Shown: in pieces, positions 23,990 through 36,249 of the stretch
How the letters are laid out: every line of letters begins with the position of its first letter
Position numbering within the stretch: the stretch's first letter is position 1
Assembly (NCBI GenBank): GCA_043228905.1
Contig: JBHGNT010000005.1
Span: 13,082,001 to 13,146,000, forward strand
Direction of reading: 5' to 3'
Origin: Azolla caroliniana
Lineage: Eukaryota; Plantae; Polypodiophyta
Length of the DNA: 64,000 nucleotides
Notes under the pieces: generated by a model
Databases searched by the model: none
Told to the model about the DNA's origin: nothing
Seen by the model: only the letters and a program-made list of their open reading frames with translations
Made by a program: the position numbers and the translations under genes

Positions 23990-26085
23990 AAAAAAATACC
24001 CAAGAGATCTCAGAATATATCATTTGCCATGTCCTGGAAAACTAGTGCTGCATTAGTGACACAGAATGGCATAACTGTATACTCGAAGTGCCGATATCTG
24101 GTGCGAAAAGCGGTCTTCCTTTCATCTACTGGTCGGATCCGTACATGGTTATATGCTCCTCATAAGTCGATGTTTGTGAAGAACTTTGTACCATTGATCC
24201 GTTCTAAAAGACTCGAGATAAAGGGAAGTGCATACCTATTCCTTGTGATGACCTTATTCAAGCCCCGGTAATCTACGACGAGACTAAGTGATCCATCCTT
24301 TTTCTTGACAAAGAAAATGGGTGCGCCGGTGGGAGATTTCAAATGTCGAATGAAGCCGTTTGCCAAATTCTCCTCTATGTAGGCTTGAAGGACTTCTAGC
24401 ACAGTTGGTGACAAGTTGTAGATCGGTCCCCATGGTGGCTCTTTTCCTCGTTGTAAATCAATGAGACAATCATACGGTTGGTGGTGAGGAAGCGTACTGG
24501 CTTGTACCTTATCGAACATGTTGGCATAATGAAGATACTTCTCTAGAAGTTGAACTATGCATTCCTCTTTAGTGGTGTTGGAAGGTTTTACTAATAACAA
24601 AGACAAACATTGCTTCCTTGCCTCCTTCCTCATGCAATTGATGTAGCGAAATGGTTGCAATGCTATGAGTAGGTCCTTGGGTTTGTTAATACCGGATTTC
24701 TCTTGTTCTCCAATCTATGTCTGGGTTATGTAATTCGAACCATGGTAACCCCAAGACAATTGGATGATCTGGACTACTAATTATATTAATGATACTGCAC
24801 ACACCAAAATATCTAGGACAACCTGAATTGGCTCTGACTCTTCTATGATATTTCCGGAAGAAATGGGACGCCCATCAATAACTACTATAGATGCTGGCCA
24901 TGAAATTTTTCTTAGGGATATCTGATGAGCTTGGGAAAAATTCCTATCCATGAAGCAAGAGTTGGCTTCGGAATCTAAGAGTGCTAAGACATGTATGGAG
25001 GAGTACTTTTAGTACTAACCATTACTTGAGCTAAGAACACATTTCTAACTTTCTTAGAGGGAATGGAACCACTAATGGGTTGCACAGATCTAGGGTTGTC
25101 CAACCAAACAACTCCTATTTTGGCTAGACTTAGTCGTTTAACTCTTTTTCTAATTGACTAAGGACTTCAAATTTGTTCCATAGATTTGGGCTATTAGTAC
25201 TATTAGAACTATTAGAAATTTCTAATGAAATAGACTCGGGTTAGGTTTAGTACAAGTTACTACTTGATTTACCTGCCTTCTTGGCCTATGTGGATAGTTT
25301 ACTACGATATGCCCTAGCCCTCCGCAATAGAGACATAATCGATTTGCTCAATGCCATTGCTTTTCTTCTTCCGATAATGGAGCACAACGACGTGTGGTGT
25401 CGATTTCCATCGGTGCCGGAGATGCATTGTATGATTCCCTTGCAAATGGTTTTGTTGCGATTGAGGTGTATGTGGGATCCAATCTGGTCCTTGGCCTTTG
25501 TAATTGGCATTCCAAACATCGCTCGAAAAGCTAGTTATCTCATCTTACCGCTCGACTGATTGCCTCTGTGAGTGATTTGGATTCTTCAGGGAAAGTCAGG
25601 AGTAAGTCTTTGATATCATTTCGTAGGCCGTATCGAAATTGCTCCATCAATGCTTGATCATCCTAGGGGATATTGGAGGCGAGTAGACGGAAATGTGCAA
25701 CGTATGCGGAGGCTGGACGATTACCTGGACGTAATCGTCGGATTTTGTTGATTGATGTCAGTATCTCCAAAACAAGCTTTAAACTCATTTATAAACTCCT
25801 CAGAATTATTTAGTAATGGAGATTCCTTTTCTAACAATGGAGTGAACCATGCCAAAACTGAGCAACTTAGCAACGTGCGTACTAGACCCACTCATGATGC
25901 ATTTGTGGGATATCAGGAAGGATGCATTTGAATGACTAATTGTACCTGATTAACAAATCCTCAAAATTGCGACTATGCTCCATCAAATTTCATAAGAAGG
26001 CAGATCTTGGATTCTTTATGAATCTCTTGCGTAGTTGGTCCTTATTGTTGTAATGCTACAATGGTTGCTTCAAGTTGTTGCACGT
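23990..26085 (-). pseudogene. Chromovirus-like Gypsy gag-PR-RT remnant, host of element C; continues at ~44555-44700
   Basis: Motifs PPWGPIYNLS, APIFFVKKKDGSLSLVVDYRGLN and ALLDSEANSCFMD; the gag N-terminus resumes after the element C right LTR. Confidence 0.82.
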
Positions 26086-27851
26086 TGTCGTGTTGTTACG
26101 CTCTCGCGTGTGAAATGAGGCGGGACCGTGGGGGCCTTGAACCAAGGAGGGTGAGAAAGAAGAGGGAGAGCGATTCACAGAAACACAAGGAGAGAGATGG
26201 GAAAGGAAGATTCAATTACAATGTCAACAACAATTACAACTAGTAAACCGGCAACAGACCCAAAACGGAGGTACCATGCACACACATGGACGACACAAAG
26301 AACGTGTGGTGGAGCCTCTGCTGGAAGCACACGGGCTTACACGCAACAGAGGCAACCGACACATAAACGTAGTGGAGAGCAACGATTGAGGAGGAGAGAG
26401 CTTGGTCCCCAGTTCGATAGCACTTTGTCCTCGCCAAAACACGATCCCTATCTTCTTCTTCTCCCCTCCCTTTTGTAGGTCGCTGAGGAGGCCGTTACAT
26501 CAAAACACATCAACTTTATTCTTTGTCCTTTTGGACAGAGATACACATTGATTCCCTAGACAATTAATACCCTTCCTAGTACATATGTACATCAGCCGAT
26601 GTATTCCTAGCTATGTACAATTCATAAACACACACGCACGCAAAAAGGATTGGGTCTCGCCTCCTCCCCTTTATTCCTCCTACGGGCAGTTTTCTACACG
26701 ACATCCACCCCCAGCAAACCGCACGTCCACCGGTGCATGCCAAGTAGGAACAACCTTGGTGGAAACCGGCCCTAGATCACTGGTGATTTTCCAAACTCTA
26801 GCCTTCCCCGATTCAGGCATCGCCGCTGCCATCGTTCACTGGGTCCGGTTCGTCCTCTTGCCGCTTCTTGAACATCTTGACCCTCTTGCTGGCCACCGGT
26901 ACCGCTATCCGCGTCCCATCGAGCTCCACGAGATTTTATGTGGCATTGTCTTTCGCGCTTGTTACCATGTAGGGTCTCCCCGATCCGCCACGATTTTCCC
27001 TACGCATCCGTAACGGCACACTACCTCTTCGATCAGGAACCGGCATACCGCCGCAATCATCTTCTTTGTCAGTGCGCGACCTTCCACTTGGTTCGTTAAA
27101 TCTTCCCGTGCAAGCACCAGATACCGCATCTGCCCTACTCCCCTCGGCATCGTCACTAAGTCCACCATCCATTTGAAGTGGATGGTCGGCGGGTAGGTTG
27201 GGTGCAGCTCGTCTCGATGCCGGAGCGCGGAGTGCATTTGACAGTTTTCACACGTCGTCACGAACTGGTACACATCCCGGTACAGCCCCGGCCACCAATA
27301 CTCCTCTTTCAATTTCTTGAACAAGGCCCATGTCCCGCGGTTTCCGGCCCAAGGACTCTCATGGTACGCCGTTAACAACTTGTCTTGCTCGTCCTTTCTC
27401 GCCACTACGCGGACTGGAACGCCGCCTCGCTTCTTTGGGAGCCTCCATATGTTGCCGTTCCGTAGGAAGAACCAGTAAGCTTTCTTTCGGATCTAGTTAG
27501 AACACGTTCGCGTTCACAAGTGGAAGGATCGCGCATAAATGGAAGGATAAGGGAAATTTTGGTTGATTTTAGGGCTTTTTCAATGATTTTACAAAACACA
27601 TTGATACCAGTATCATACATGTTCAAACATACTATGAAAAAGGTTAAAAATCCACTATTTTCGTGATTTAGAAGTAACTAAAAAAAGACGAATTTCAAAA
27701 AGATACATTCTCAATTTATATCACAAACTTTACAACCAATGTTATTTTATAAGAAATGATTTTTTAGAAATCATAAGAATTCAAAACACATGCTTTTATA
27801 TTACTCGATTTGTTACACTTAATAGCCAAATATACATTTATGATCACTCCT

Positions 27852-30632
27852 TTACGGAGAATCACTACTATAACTAATATACAATGACGATTCCTCTTCC
27901 TCATCCTCGGATGTACCAATCAGTGCATTATCTTCGTCATAAACCAAATGGTTTGACTCTAGATTATATGTAGCAGATCTTGTTTGCCTTTGACTCGAGC
28001 CACCTTGTAGACCTAGTAATTTTTCTTTTATTATATCTATTGTTGACTTCCTTAATCGTCCGACTTTTGTAAGTGTGAAGTCGTACACGATGATATCCAC
28101 ATCAGAGATATCAAGGGTCGAGGTGTTACGAATGTTTCGCTTCCTCTTCCTACCTCCCCTTCTTGTTGGGCATTCAATCATCTCTAATGTATACTTACCT
28201 GTAAAAGCATTTGCACTTCTAGTGTTGTACCAATGAACATTTATAGACTTGATTGTGTTTTCTATTTCATGCATTAGCACTTCTAGAATTTTACCAACCC
28301 AAAATTGGTGGCCATGTGAGTTCTCATCAGCCGGCGTTGCAATCAACATCCCTGCGGTGAGCTCTTGCAAATTGCCTTGCCATCTAGCTTCGACTGCTTT
28401 GGTCATCCTTGGTCCCACATAAATGTCTCTTTGTTGTGGATGGACTAAGCTATCATTAATCGCATTTGCTAGTTGCTCCGGAGTTCTATTTACGCGATCA
28501 TGTTGCAGTGACCATGTGAATGGCGTTTCCAAATTCCAATTATCACCAGATACACAATTGTCTATAATTCCTTTCTGATCACTATAAAATACATCCCACC
28601 ATGACATGTCTTGTTGTCCGGCATATTTCTTGGCGGCCTCAATATGCTTTCTTTTTTCTTCTAAGGCTTGGAGCCATGACCGTTTTTGTTCTGATACCAA
28701 GTCGCTCTGCAACTGTCCTTTCTTCTCAATTGGCATTTGCTTAGCTCCATGGACAATTGTACTCGGCATACAAAGTAATAACTGGCAACCATCTTCAGGT
28801 TCCCATGTTGTAGAAGATGAATATTGTTTAGCATACAAAAGTGTAGAACCACTTATTCTATTTTTCTTTATCATAAAAATGTGATTGAAACTTATATTGT
28901 TTAACTGAGCAAGCACTTTAACATTCCCACCACCCCCATCTGATATATATCTCTTAAAGTCATATACCTCCTTCAAGTGTAACACTTTTGGGTGTGGTGT
29001 ATATGCATCACAAATGACATCAAATAGTTTAGGTAAAGTGAAAGCATCATGCCGAGACAACTGCCTGGAGAATCTGCTAAACATCTTATCTATATGGTCA
29101 TGTGTGTGGCCAACCAAAAGAAAATTGACTTTCACTTTCCTAAACAATTCTTGGTTGACCAACATACTTAGATAGCCAAATACAGTTGAATTTTTGTTCT
29201 CTCTAGCAGTATTGTCCAATTGAATGTATAGAACAGGGGGGAAAGGTTGGCCCCAAGACATCAAAACTCGGTGAATGACTGTAACTGTTAGGTTAGGGTC
29301 ATTGTGAACATTGGGGTATGTAATGAAGACGTGAGGTCCAACAGACCTATTATAAGCCAAGCATCCCACCAAGTGCATTTGAACAAGGCACTCATCATTG
29401 ACATCTTTGGGGAGCCTCTGCATATGAGACAAGCACGTCTTCTTCTGGTCCATGCCATCTATCATTAAGCACATGTATTGTTCGGGCCTCTTCAAACACT
29501 TCTCTCTATGATGCATCGCCTTCTTTCATTCTAAGGATTGTGCCTCACGATGCTCTTGTAGTAACTTCTTACTCATATCCTTTTCCATTGATGTCTTTGC
29601 ACCTTTAGCCAAACTTTTAAGATTTGCACAAATGGAGCAATACCCCATACGTACTTTACGAGGAATGATAACATTTGAAAACCGAGCTCTCCATAATCTT
29701 GTGAATTGGCTATAGGTGATAGACTTATTACGTGAGCCCAGCATATCAGATCGATAGACATCATAAACTTCCCGACGTGTATAATTATCAGAAAGGTGCA
29801 TCCTACCTGTAGTGGGCATTACTTCACAATTTAACTGAAAGTAAGTTTTCATCCAACCAATAGCATGTCTTCCAATTGCACCTTTCATACTTGGAACCTC
29901 TTTACAATTGAGCATCTGATCCCCGCTAAGTAGACGTTGTTGTACTCTATGTAGCCGCATGTTACTAACACATAACGCAATTTTGAATGCAACTCTACAT
30001 ATCTGTTGCGCATGGAAAATATAATACTCGAATGATACTTTGATCCCTGTACATTTGTCAGATACTAGTTGCATATGTGACCCGAGGTAAGTGTCTTGCT
30101 CATCACCGGTCATTGAAAAATAGTATCGCCTTAATTCTCGCAACTTTGATTTTCCAATCATAGACATACAACCACGAGCACAACATATTTTTTTGACATC
30201 AAATCCAATTTGTTTATCTGATGTCACCAAGCTAAATCTAGCCAGACGAATTCTTCGTGGGATTCTTCTAATATGCATAGGTCTCCCAGATTTCTCTTCC
30301 TGCATAGAGGTTGGTGTAACCTTGTTACAATCTAATTCTTTGTTGTGACCATCGCCAATGTTATTCAATGTTTCCTTGGCACTACCTTCATTCTCCGTAT
30401 CTTTATTAATATCGTATTCTTCAATAGAGAACTCTTCACATGTGTCATTATTTACATTCCCTATAGATGAGCTTAGACAATATTCTTCGATAGAATATGG
30501 TGAGTCTATCGACAGACAATATTCTTCAATGGAATATGGTGACTTTGTCGACAAACAATACTCTTCAGTAGAAAACGATGAGTCTGATAACAAACAATAT
30601 TCTTCAATCGAGAACGGTGAATCTTCACTCAT
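27852..30632 (-). pseudogene. Sola-like (DUF7869-type) DDE/D transposase, ~926 aa, with one in-frame stop
   Basis: ORFs 29526-30632 and 27852-29516 are in one frame, separated by a single TGA (QSLE*KKAMHHREK). Motifs IDGMDQKKT, LYIQLDNTARENKN, FLLVGHTHDHIDKMFS; Cys clusters CCARGC, ICRVAF, YCSIC. Confidence 0.8.
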
Positions 30633-31459
30633 GGCTCAAGGTCTAGATAGGGCTCTGTAAGTTATGTGCTTAGGGTAAGGAAAAAAACTAATAAGCTCCT
30701 CTCTAAACATATACTCCTCTCTAAACATAAACTTCTCTCTAAACAAAAGCCAAATCAATAGAATGTCTATATTATGTAATATTATATTAATACAATACAT
30801 AAAAAATTTATTTTTAATATGGTAATTGTATTTAAAATATCAATTATTATTTAAACTACATCTATATGAAGTTAAATCAAGTATAATATAAATCTAATCA
30901 TTACCAAGCCAAAAATATGTTGGATTAATGTTAAAATCATTGGCTAATTAATGGCACCCATATTTGATATAGAACCTCTCACTCATTGGTTCTTTAATGC
31001 TCACCATTTTAAATATTAGACTTATCAATGATTGGTTAAGTCATGCCCACATCTTTAATACACAACATTTGAGAGTCATAAAAATTGTTGCTTTTAGTAA
31101 TCAATCATTGGTACATTCATGAACCTCTATCATTGTCTCCTTCATGACCTTTGAAGTCATTGCAGGTTGTTATCACTATAAAAGATTGATCAATATGTTA
31201 GTTTGACTTTGTAATAATTAATGCAATCATAAGTTACTCTAGTTAATGTCACTGTGGTTACCAACTAACTATCCTCAAACTTACCAACCTTGGTTAAGGT
31301 GACTATGGTTACTTTAACCAATGTGGTCAATCCCTATAAATAAGAAGACCTCGTCATATTTCACTCACAAGAGCACACAAGAGCGTACAGAGCACACAAA
31401 GCACACAGAGCACAAAGCACAAAAGCGCGATCTCCACCTCCACTGCCACACGATCAACC
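30633..31459. promoter_or_regulatory. Divergent promoter region between the transposase and MTase genes
   Basis: AT-rich; TATA box CCTATAAATA at ~31332-31341, ~120 nt upstream of ATG 31460; three ctctctaaaca repeats at ~30697-30745. Confidence 0.55.
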
Positions 31460-34400
31460 ATGTCTTCAAAGAGAATCGAGTGCGAGGACTCCAGGTAGGC
31501 CTCTAACACTGTGGACATTTTTGTAAATATGTTTTGTCGCTCAAGAACTCGATACGCCGTATCGAGTTCCTGTATACAATACAAACTTTATATAGGAACT
31601 CGATATGGTGTATCGAATTCATTTTATTTTTTTTGCTTTTTAAACAGGAACTCGATACACCGTATCGAGTTCCCAGTTCCCGTTTAAAGTATAGGTTTTA
31701 AACGGGAACTCGATAAACCTAAACTTTAAACGGGAACTCGATACGCCGTATCGAGTTCCTGTTTAAAAAGCAATGAAATCATAGGAACTCGATACGGCGT
31801 ATCGAGTTCCTGTTTAAAACTTGGACTTTAAACGGGAAATCGATACGCCGAATCGAGTTCCCGTTTAAAGTCTAGGTTTTAAACAAGAACTCGATACGGT
31901 GTATCGAGTTCGTTTTAAAAACCTAAACTTTAAACTGGAACTCGATACGCCGTATCGAGTTCCTATATAAAAGAAGGCCCTAAAAGAGAAAAATTGTGTT
32001 TTTTGGGGCAACAATTAATTATTGTGTGGAAAAGATATCCAATTGTCTGTCAAAATCAGTCTTTTTTATGTTGACTTGCCTTACTTTTAAAAAAAATATG
32101 CCCTAATTATAGGTGTTTTATGACCTACTATTTGCTTAAAAGAGTAGAAAATAACTCACAAATTACCTTTATGATAGCAAATTCTCCTCAATATAGGTCT
32201 GGAATCTATATAAGTCATACCTCCTCTTTAAAAGAATATATAACCCTGTTTACTTATTATGATATATATTTTCTAGTTTGAATAGCCCTGCCTAGAATGG
32301 ATTTTTGAATATAGGACTACCATGTACTCTGAATGCATGATTGATATTTTCACTTCAACACTAATCACCTGCTAGTGAGAACTGTTCTTCATCTTCTTAT
32401 TTATATTTTAATATACAACCTTAATCTACGTGACCACCTAACTTAGGTTTTTGCATGTACTTTCTTAAATAGGTCGTTTGAGAACCTGTCGGACCGACCC
32501 GTGAAGAAAATAAAGCTTCGCATACAGGGTTCTCCAATCGAAGCCCAGACCAAGGTAGCTCCTGAGACCATGAAGAGAGGAAAAAAGCTTCTCTTCAACA
32601 AGGAGACAAAATCTCAGCCACACATTGACTTTAGCCAAAAGAAACTTGTCGCCGCTACTGGAGGTGAAGACCTTCCTGACCGTGATCTAACGAACAAGGA
32701 ATGGTGTAGGCAATATGTCGACTCAAAGAAAAAAGTCGTATTGTATACAACAAAGAAGAAGGGGGAGGGGCATCTTGGAAAGGAAACCCCATTTATGTAT
32801 GGCCGTATTCTACGATTTCACTACGAAGATGCAGATTCGGCCAACATACTGGTAATGATAGAGTGCTCCAAGGGGGTACGTAAAGTGTTCCTTTCAGAAG
32901 ATCTTTTAGTAAAGGAATCTTGTGGGCCAGAAGCGTTCAAAAAAGATCTTGAAAAGCTCACAAAACCTTATTGTTACCTTGAGGCCTTATATACAAAGGC
33001 CATGTAACTCTAAGAGATGAAGTGCCCTCCCCATTGAAGGCCACAAAAAGGGTATCCAAAGTCCAGTCAAGACCACCAAAGAAGAAGACATCCAAAATGT
33101 CGGACACCGATTCAACAAGTGAAAACGAAGAGGAGGACAATAAGGGGATGCTAGGAGCTGAGCTGGCATCGGGTGTTTTGTCATCCGAGGAGAATAAGAT
33201 AAGGAGAGAGTTCATGCAGCGTAAACTGGTCAGGAAAGGGAAAGTGTTTAATTTGCCTATAACACACATCCATCGGCCCCCTATTGATGAAAAAACAGGT
33301 CGACGACCACTTGAGATTAGAGAGCCACACCGCATGCATGTTCAAAATCTCAAGAAAAAAATGAAAATTAATCCTCATGCCACTGTGGTGCCTTTTATTG
33401 TTATGGTAGATCCTGAGAATGTGAAACCATTGAAGATTTTGATATCAGAAAGCATGATCAATATAATTACTTTGTCATTGGTGGATCGCATTCAGCGGAG
33501 GCACGTCGGCAACTTGTGAGAGAACATCCAACGACTTTCATCTTCAAGTATGCCGAGTGCAAAATTTATGTTGGGCTCACAACCGAAGAGGCTAAGCTGT
33601 TGGCATGGGACCATAATAATGATAATAACTATAGGCAGAAAATGTCATCCATTGAGCGTATACGGTTCTTCCACCATGAGTATTTGGACGTGAAACAAAA
33701 GTTTGGTGTGAAGTTACATCCAGGCCTACGACATCAATGTCTGCATGAAGTCGGCATTGTTGTAGATGATAATGTTAAGTCTGATGGTCTTCGAAAATAC
33801 GAGTCTTGGTTTCAATTGGCATTTAGAGATGGAAAAGTATGGGACCTACAAGATCAAATCTTCTCAATGTGGGAGAATAAGGAGTTAAAGGGTCAACGAC
33901 AAAAGAAATGTAAGGTTGACCCTCAACTAGAGTTAAAATCACAAGCCGCCAAGAAAATTGACTTGACAATTGAAGAAGCCGCAGACGACATGAAGTTGTC
34001 TCTGTGGAGAGCGAAAGATTTAAGCCTTGAAGAAATGGTCACTGAGTTCAATAAGTAAGTCTTTCAAATACTGAAATTGTAGTCTATATGGTGTAATTCA
34101 AAGTTCTAATCTTGATTTCTAATTTTACAGTCATAAGGTGTACATGAAGATCCAAGAAGTTATGATGAAACAACTTGGATGTATAACTTGGGAACAAGTG
34201 ACCGAGGATTATCCTTTAACATCTTCATATAAGGTGTTATCAGAGTATTTTATTGCATTCAAGGATTGGGTTAGTATTGATGGTTTTTCATTACCCTTTC
34301 ATTATATGTAGAGCTTGTATAATAATACCTGATGTCCTATTGCTTCTATTAGAAACCGTGTCGAGGCAAGAAACAAGGAGAAGTTAAGGATATACATGAT

Positions 34401-35644
34401 TTCCCTACATCCTTCCTTGCACATCTCGAGCGAGCCAGAAAAGAAAAGGATCGTTGCTTAGTCAAGGCGTATGAAATGGAGGAAGATGGCTCCTTTAAAA
34501 AATTTAGCCACAAAAAAGATATTACGAGAGATCTTTACTACAATGTGGTTTGCGGTGATGTCGTCGACTTGATCCAAAAGGTGCCAAAGAAGGAATATAT
34601 GCTAATGATTGCAGATATTCCTTACGGATTTCGAATAGCTGGGTCATCATACGATGATGAACCGTTTAGGTTTAAACAATTGGAGAAGATGGTCAAGGAT
34701 TTCGTTGAGCTAACGACTGCATCCTTGTGGCGAATAGTTGTCTTTCATAGTATGGACCAAGGATACTCGGTAGCTCAAGCTTTGAGATATCGTTGCCATG
34801 GCATCGAGAACCTTGCATGGTAAGGATTATTTATAGGTGTCTTTCACTATATTGCATTTTTTAAGGTTGTTCAATCTATTCTTAACTCGATGTATTATTT
34901 TTTATAGGATCAAGACCAATGTAAATAGAGGGCCAACTTTTCGGTTCGTTAATGCCATTGAATACATCACGGTTGGCTACTTCGATGAAATTAAGAAACA
35001 AAGAATCAAGGAGCATTCTAATGAAGTGGGAGGTTCAAATCTGTTGGTATATCCAGCAGTGACACGGAAATTGCGACATGTCACCACGACAGAACGGGGA
35101 CTTGTCAACCCATATCAAAAACGTCAACGACTTATGATGCGCTTGATCGAGATGTTTTCTATCGAAGGAGACTGGATATTAGATCTCTTTTCTGGCACAG
35201 GTATTCCTCGAACTAGGGTAACGATCTTGAGATAACCAATCCCGAATCTTTTTTGTTTGACAACTAAATATTCTTGTTACTTACATCACAGGAACGACGT
35301 CTGCATGTGCATTGAAGCTCTTTAGAAATACAGTTGCATTGGAGAAGGACGAGGACCAGGTTATATTTATTAATATGCGGATTAAGGCTTTGTGGGAGTG
35401 CCCAAACTAGGATGAGGAGGTCGGTGCAAAGAACCTCGCTAATACAGAAAGGTTTCAACCTGCTTCGCGAGAGCCTATTCCTCGGTTAGCCGGCGAACCG
35501 GGGGAGCTAATAGAGCTTGATGATGAGCTTATAGAAGATATTTTGTTGGCTCGGCTAACAGGGGAAGCCAATGCACGTATAGCCGAAGAGAGTTCTACAC
35601 AAGATGATGAAGAAAATGATGTTGATGAATTGATTGCTATGTAA
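31460..35644 (+). pseudogene. Six-exon gene: ParB/Srx-like domain fused to a beta-class N6-adenine/N4-cytosine DNA methyltransferase (~956 aa reconstructed)
   Basis: Exons 31460-31494, 32473-34054, 34131-34269, 34353-34819, 34908-35200 and 35292-35644, all GT-AG and phase-compatible. ParB-like YFVIGGSHSAEARRQL; MTase CGDVVDLI, IADIPY, WIKTN, NPYQK, WILDLFSGTGTTSACALKLFRNTVALEKD. Two 1-nt frameshifts (~32983, ~33418) and a premature TAG at 35408. Confidence 0.85.
31545..31962. repeat. Array of 25-bp palindromes with 51-bp period (8 full copies plus a half)
   Basis: GAACTCGATACG[C/G]CGTATCGAGTTC at 31545, 31596, 31648, 31734, 31785, 31836, 31887 and 31938; half-site at 31706. Confidence 0.95.
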
Positions 35645-36249
35645 TAGACTCTATGAAGAATGTGAAACTGACGATTTGTTAGGATTTCACATTATTAATA
35701 CAAATTTTGGGTTTTACCTAGTGGATTCTATTCTTTATAATCTTCTATATGTTTCAATTTTATTTTTATATACTTGGTTAGTAGATTTATGACATTGGTT
35801 TCACCGCGTGCATAGCTGACTACCAAATTTATGGAGAAACATGAATTAGTTTAAATTGAGGCTGATTTTGGTCCAAGCTAACCTTAACAGAACATGGCCC
35901 TACAATTGTTGCCATGACTGTCCATGTTGTTATTATGGATCTTTGTCTTCTATTGTTAAAACTATTATGTTTCTATTCCATTGCTGCTTAGATTGTGTAG
36001 TGTGTTGATAATGGTTCCAGTTGCGTTATCGTTCGAAGTTTGATCATGTGTGAATCACCTAAGCAATAGAGTAGATCAATTTTAAATACAGATATGAAAG
36101 CCTAATAGGTTTGTTATTTCCACGACATTATCCTAATGTTCACTGCCTTACATTGTCCACAATTATATACATATGGTTTGATCCCATATGAACAAACTGA
36201 GGAATAGATTAGATCAACCCTAAATACAAGTATTGAATACTTTAATAAG

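Noticed and set aside
31545-31962. CRISPR array
   Set aside because: The spacers are not unique (they are copies or reverse complements of each other), no cas genes are present, and the array lies in a spliceosomal intron.
31460-35644. Bacterial contamination or a restriction-modification system
   Set aside because: The gene has five phase-compatible GT-AG introns, is nested in a plant LTR element, and no endonuclease gene is adjacent.
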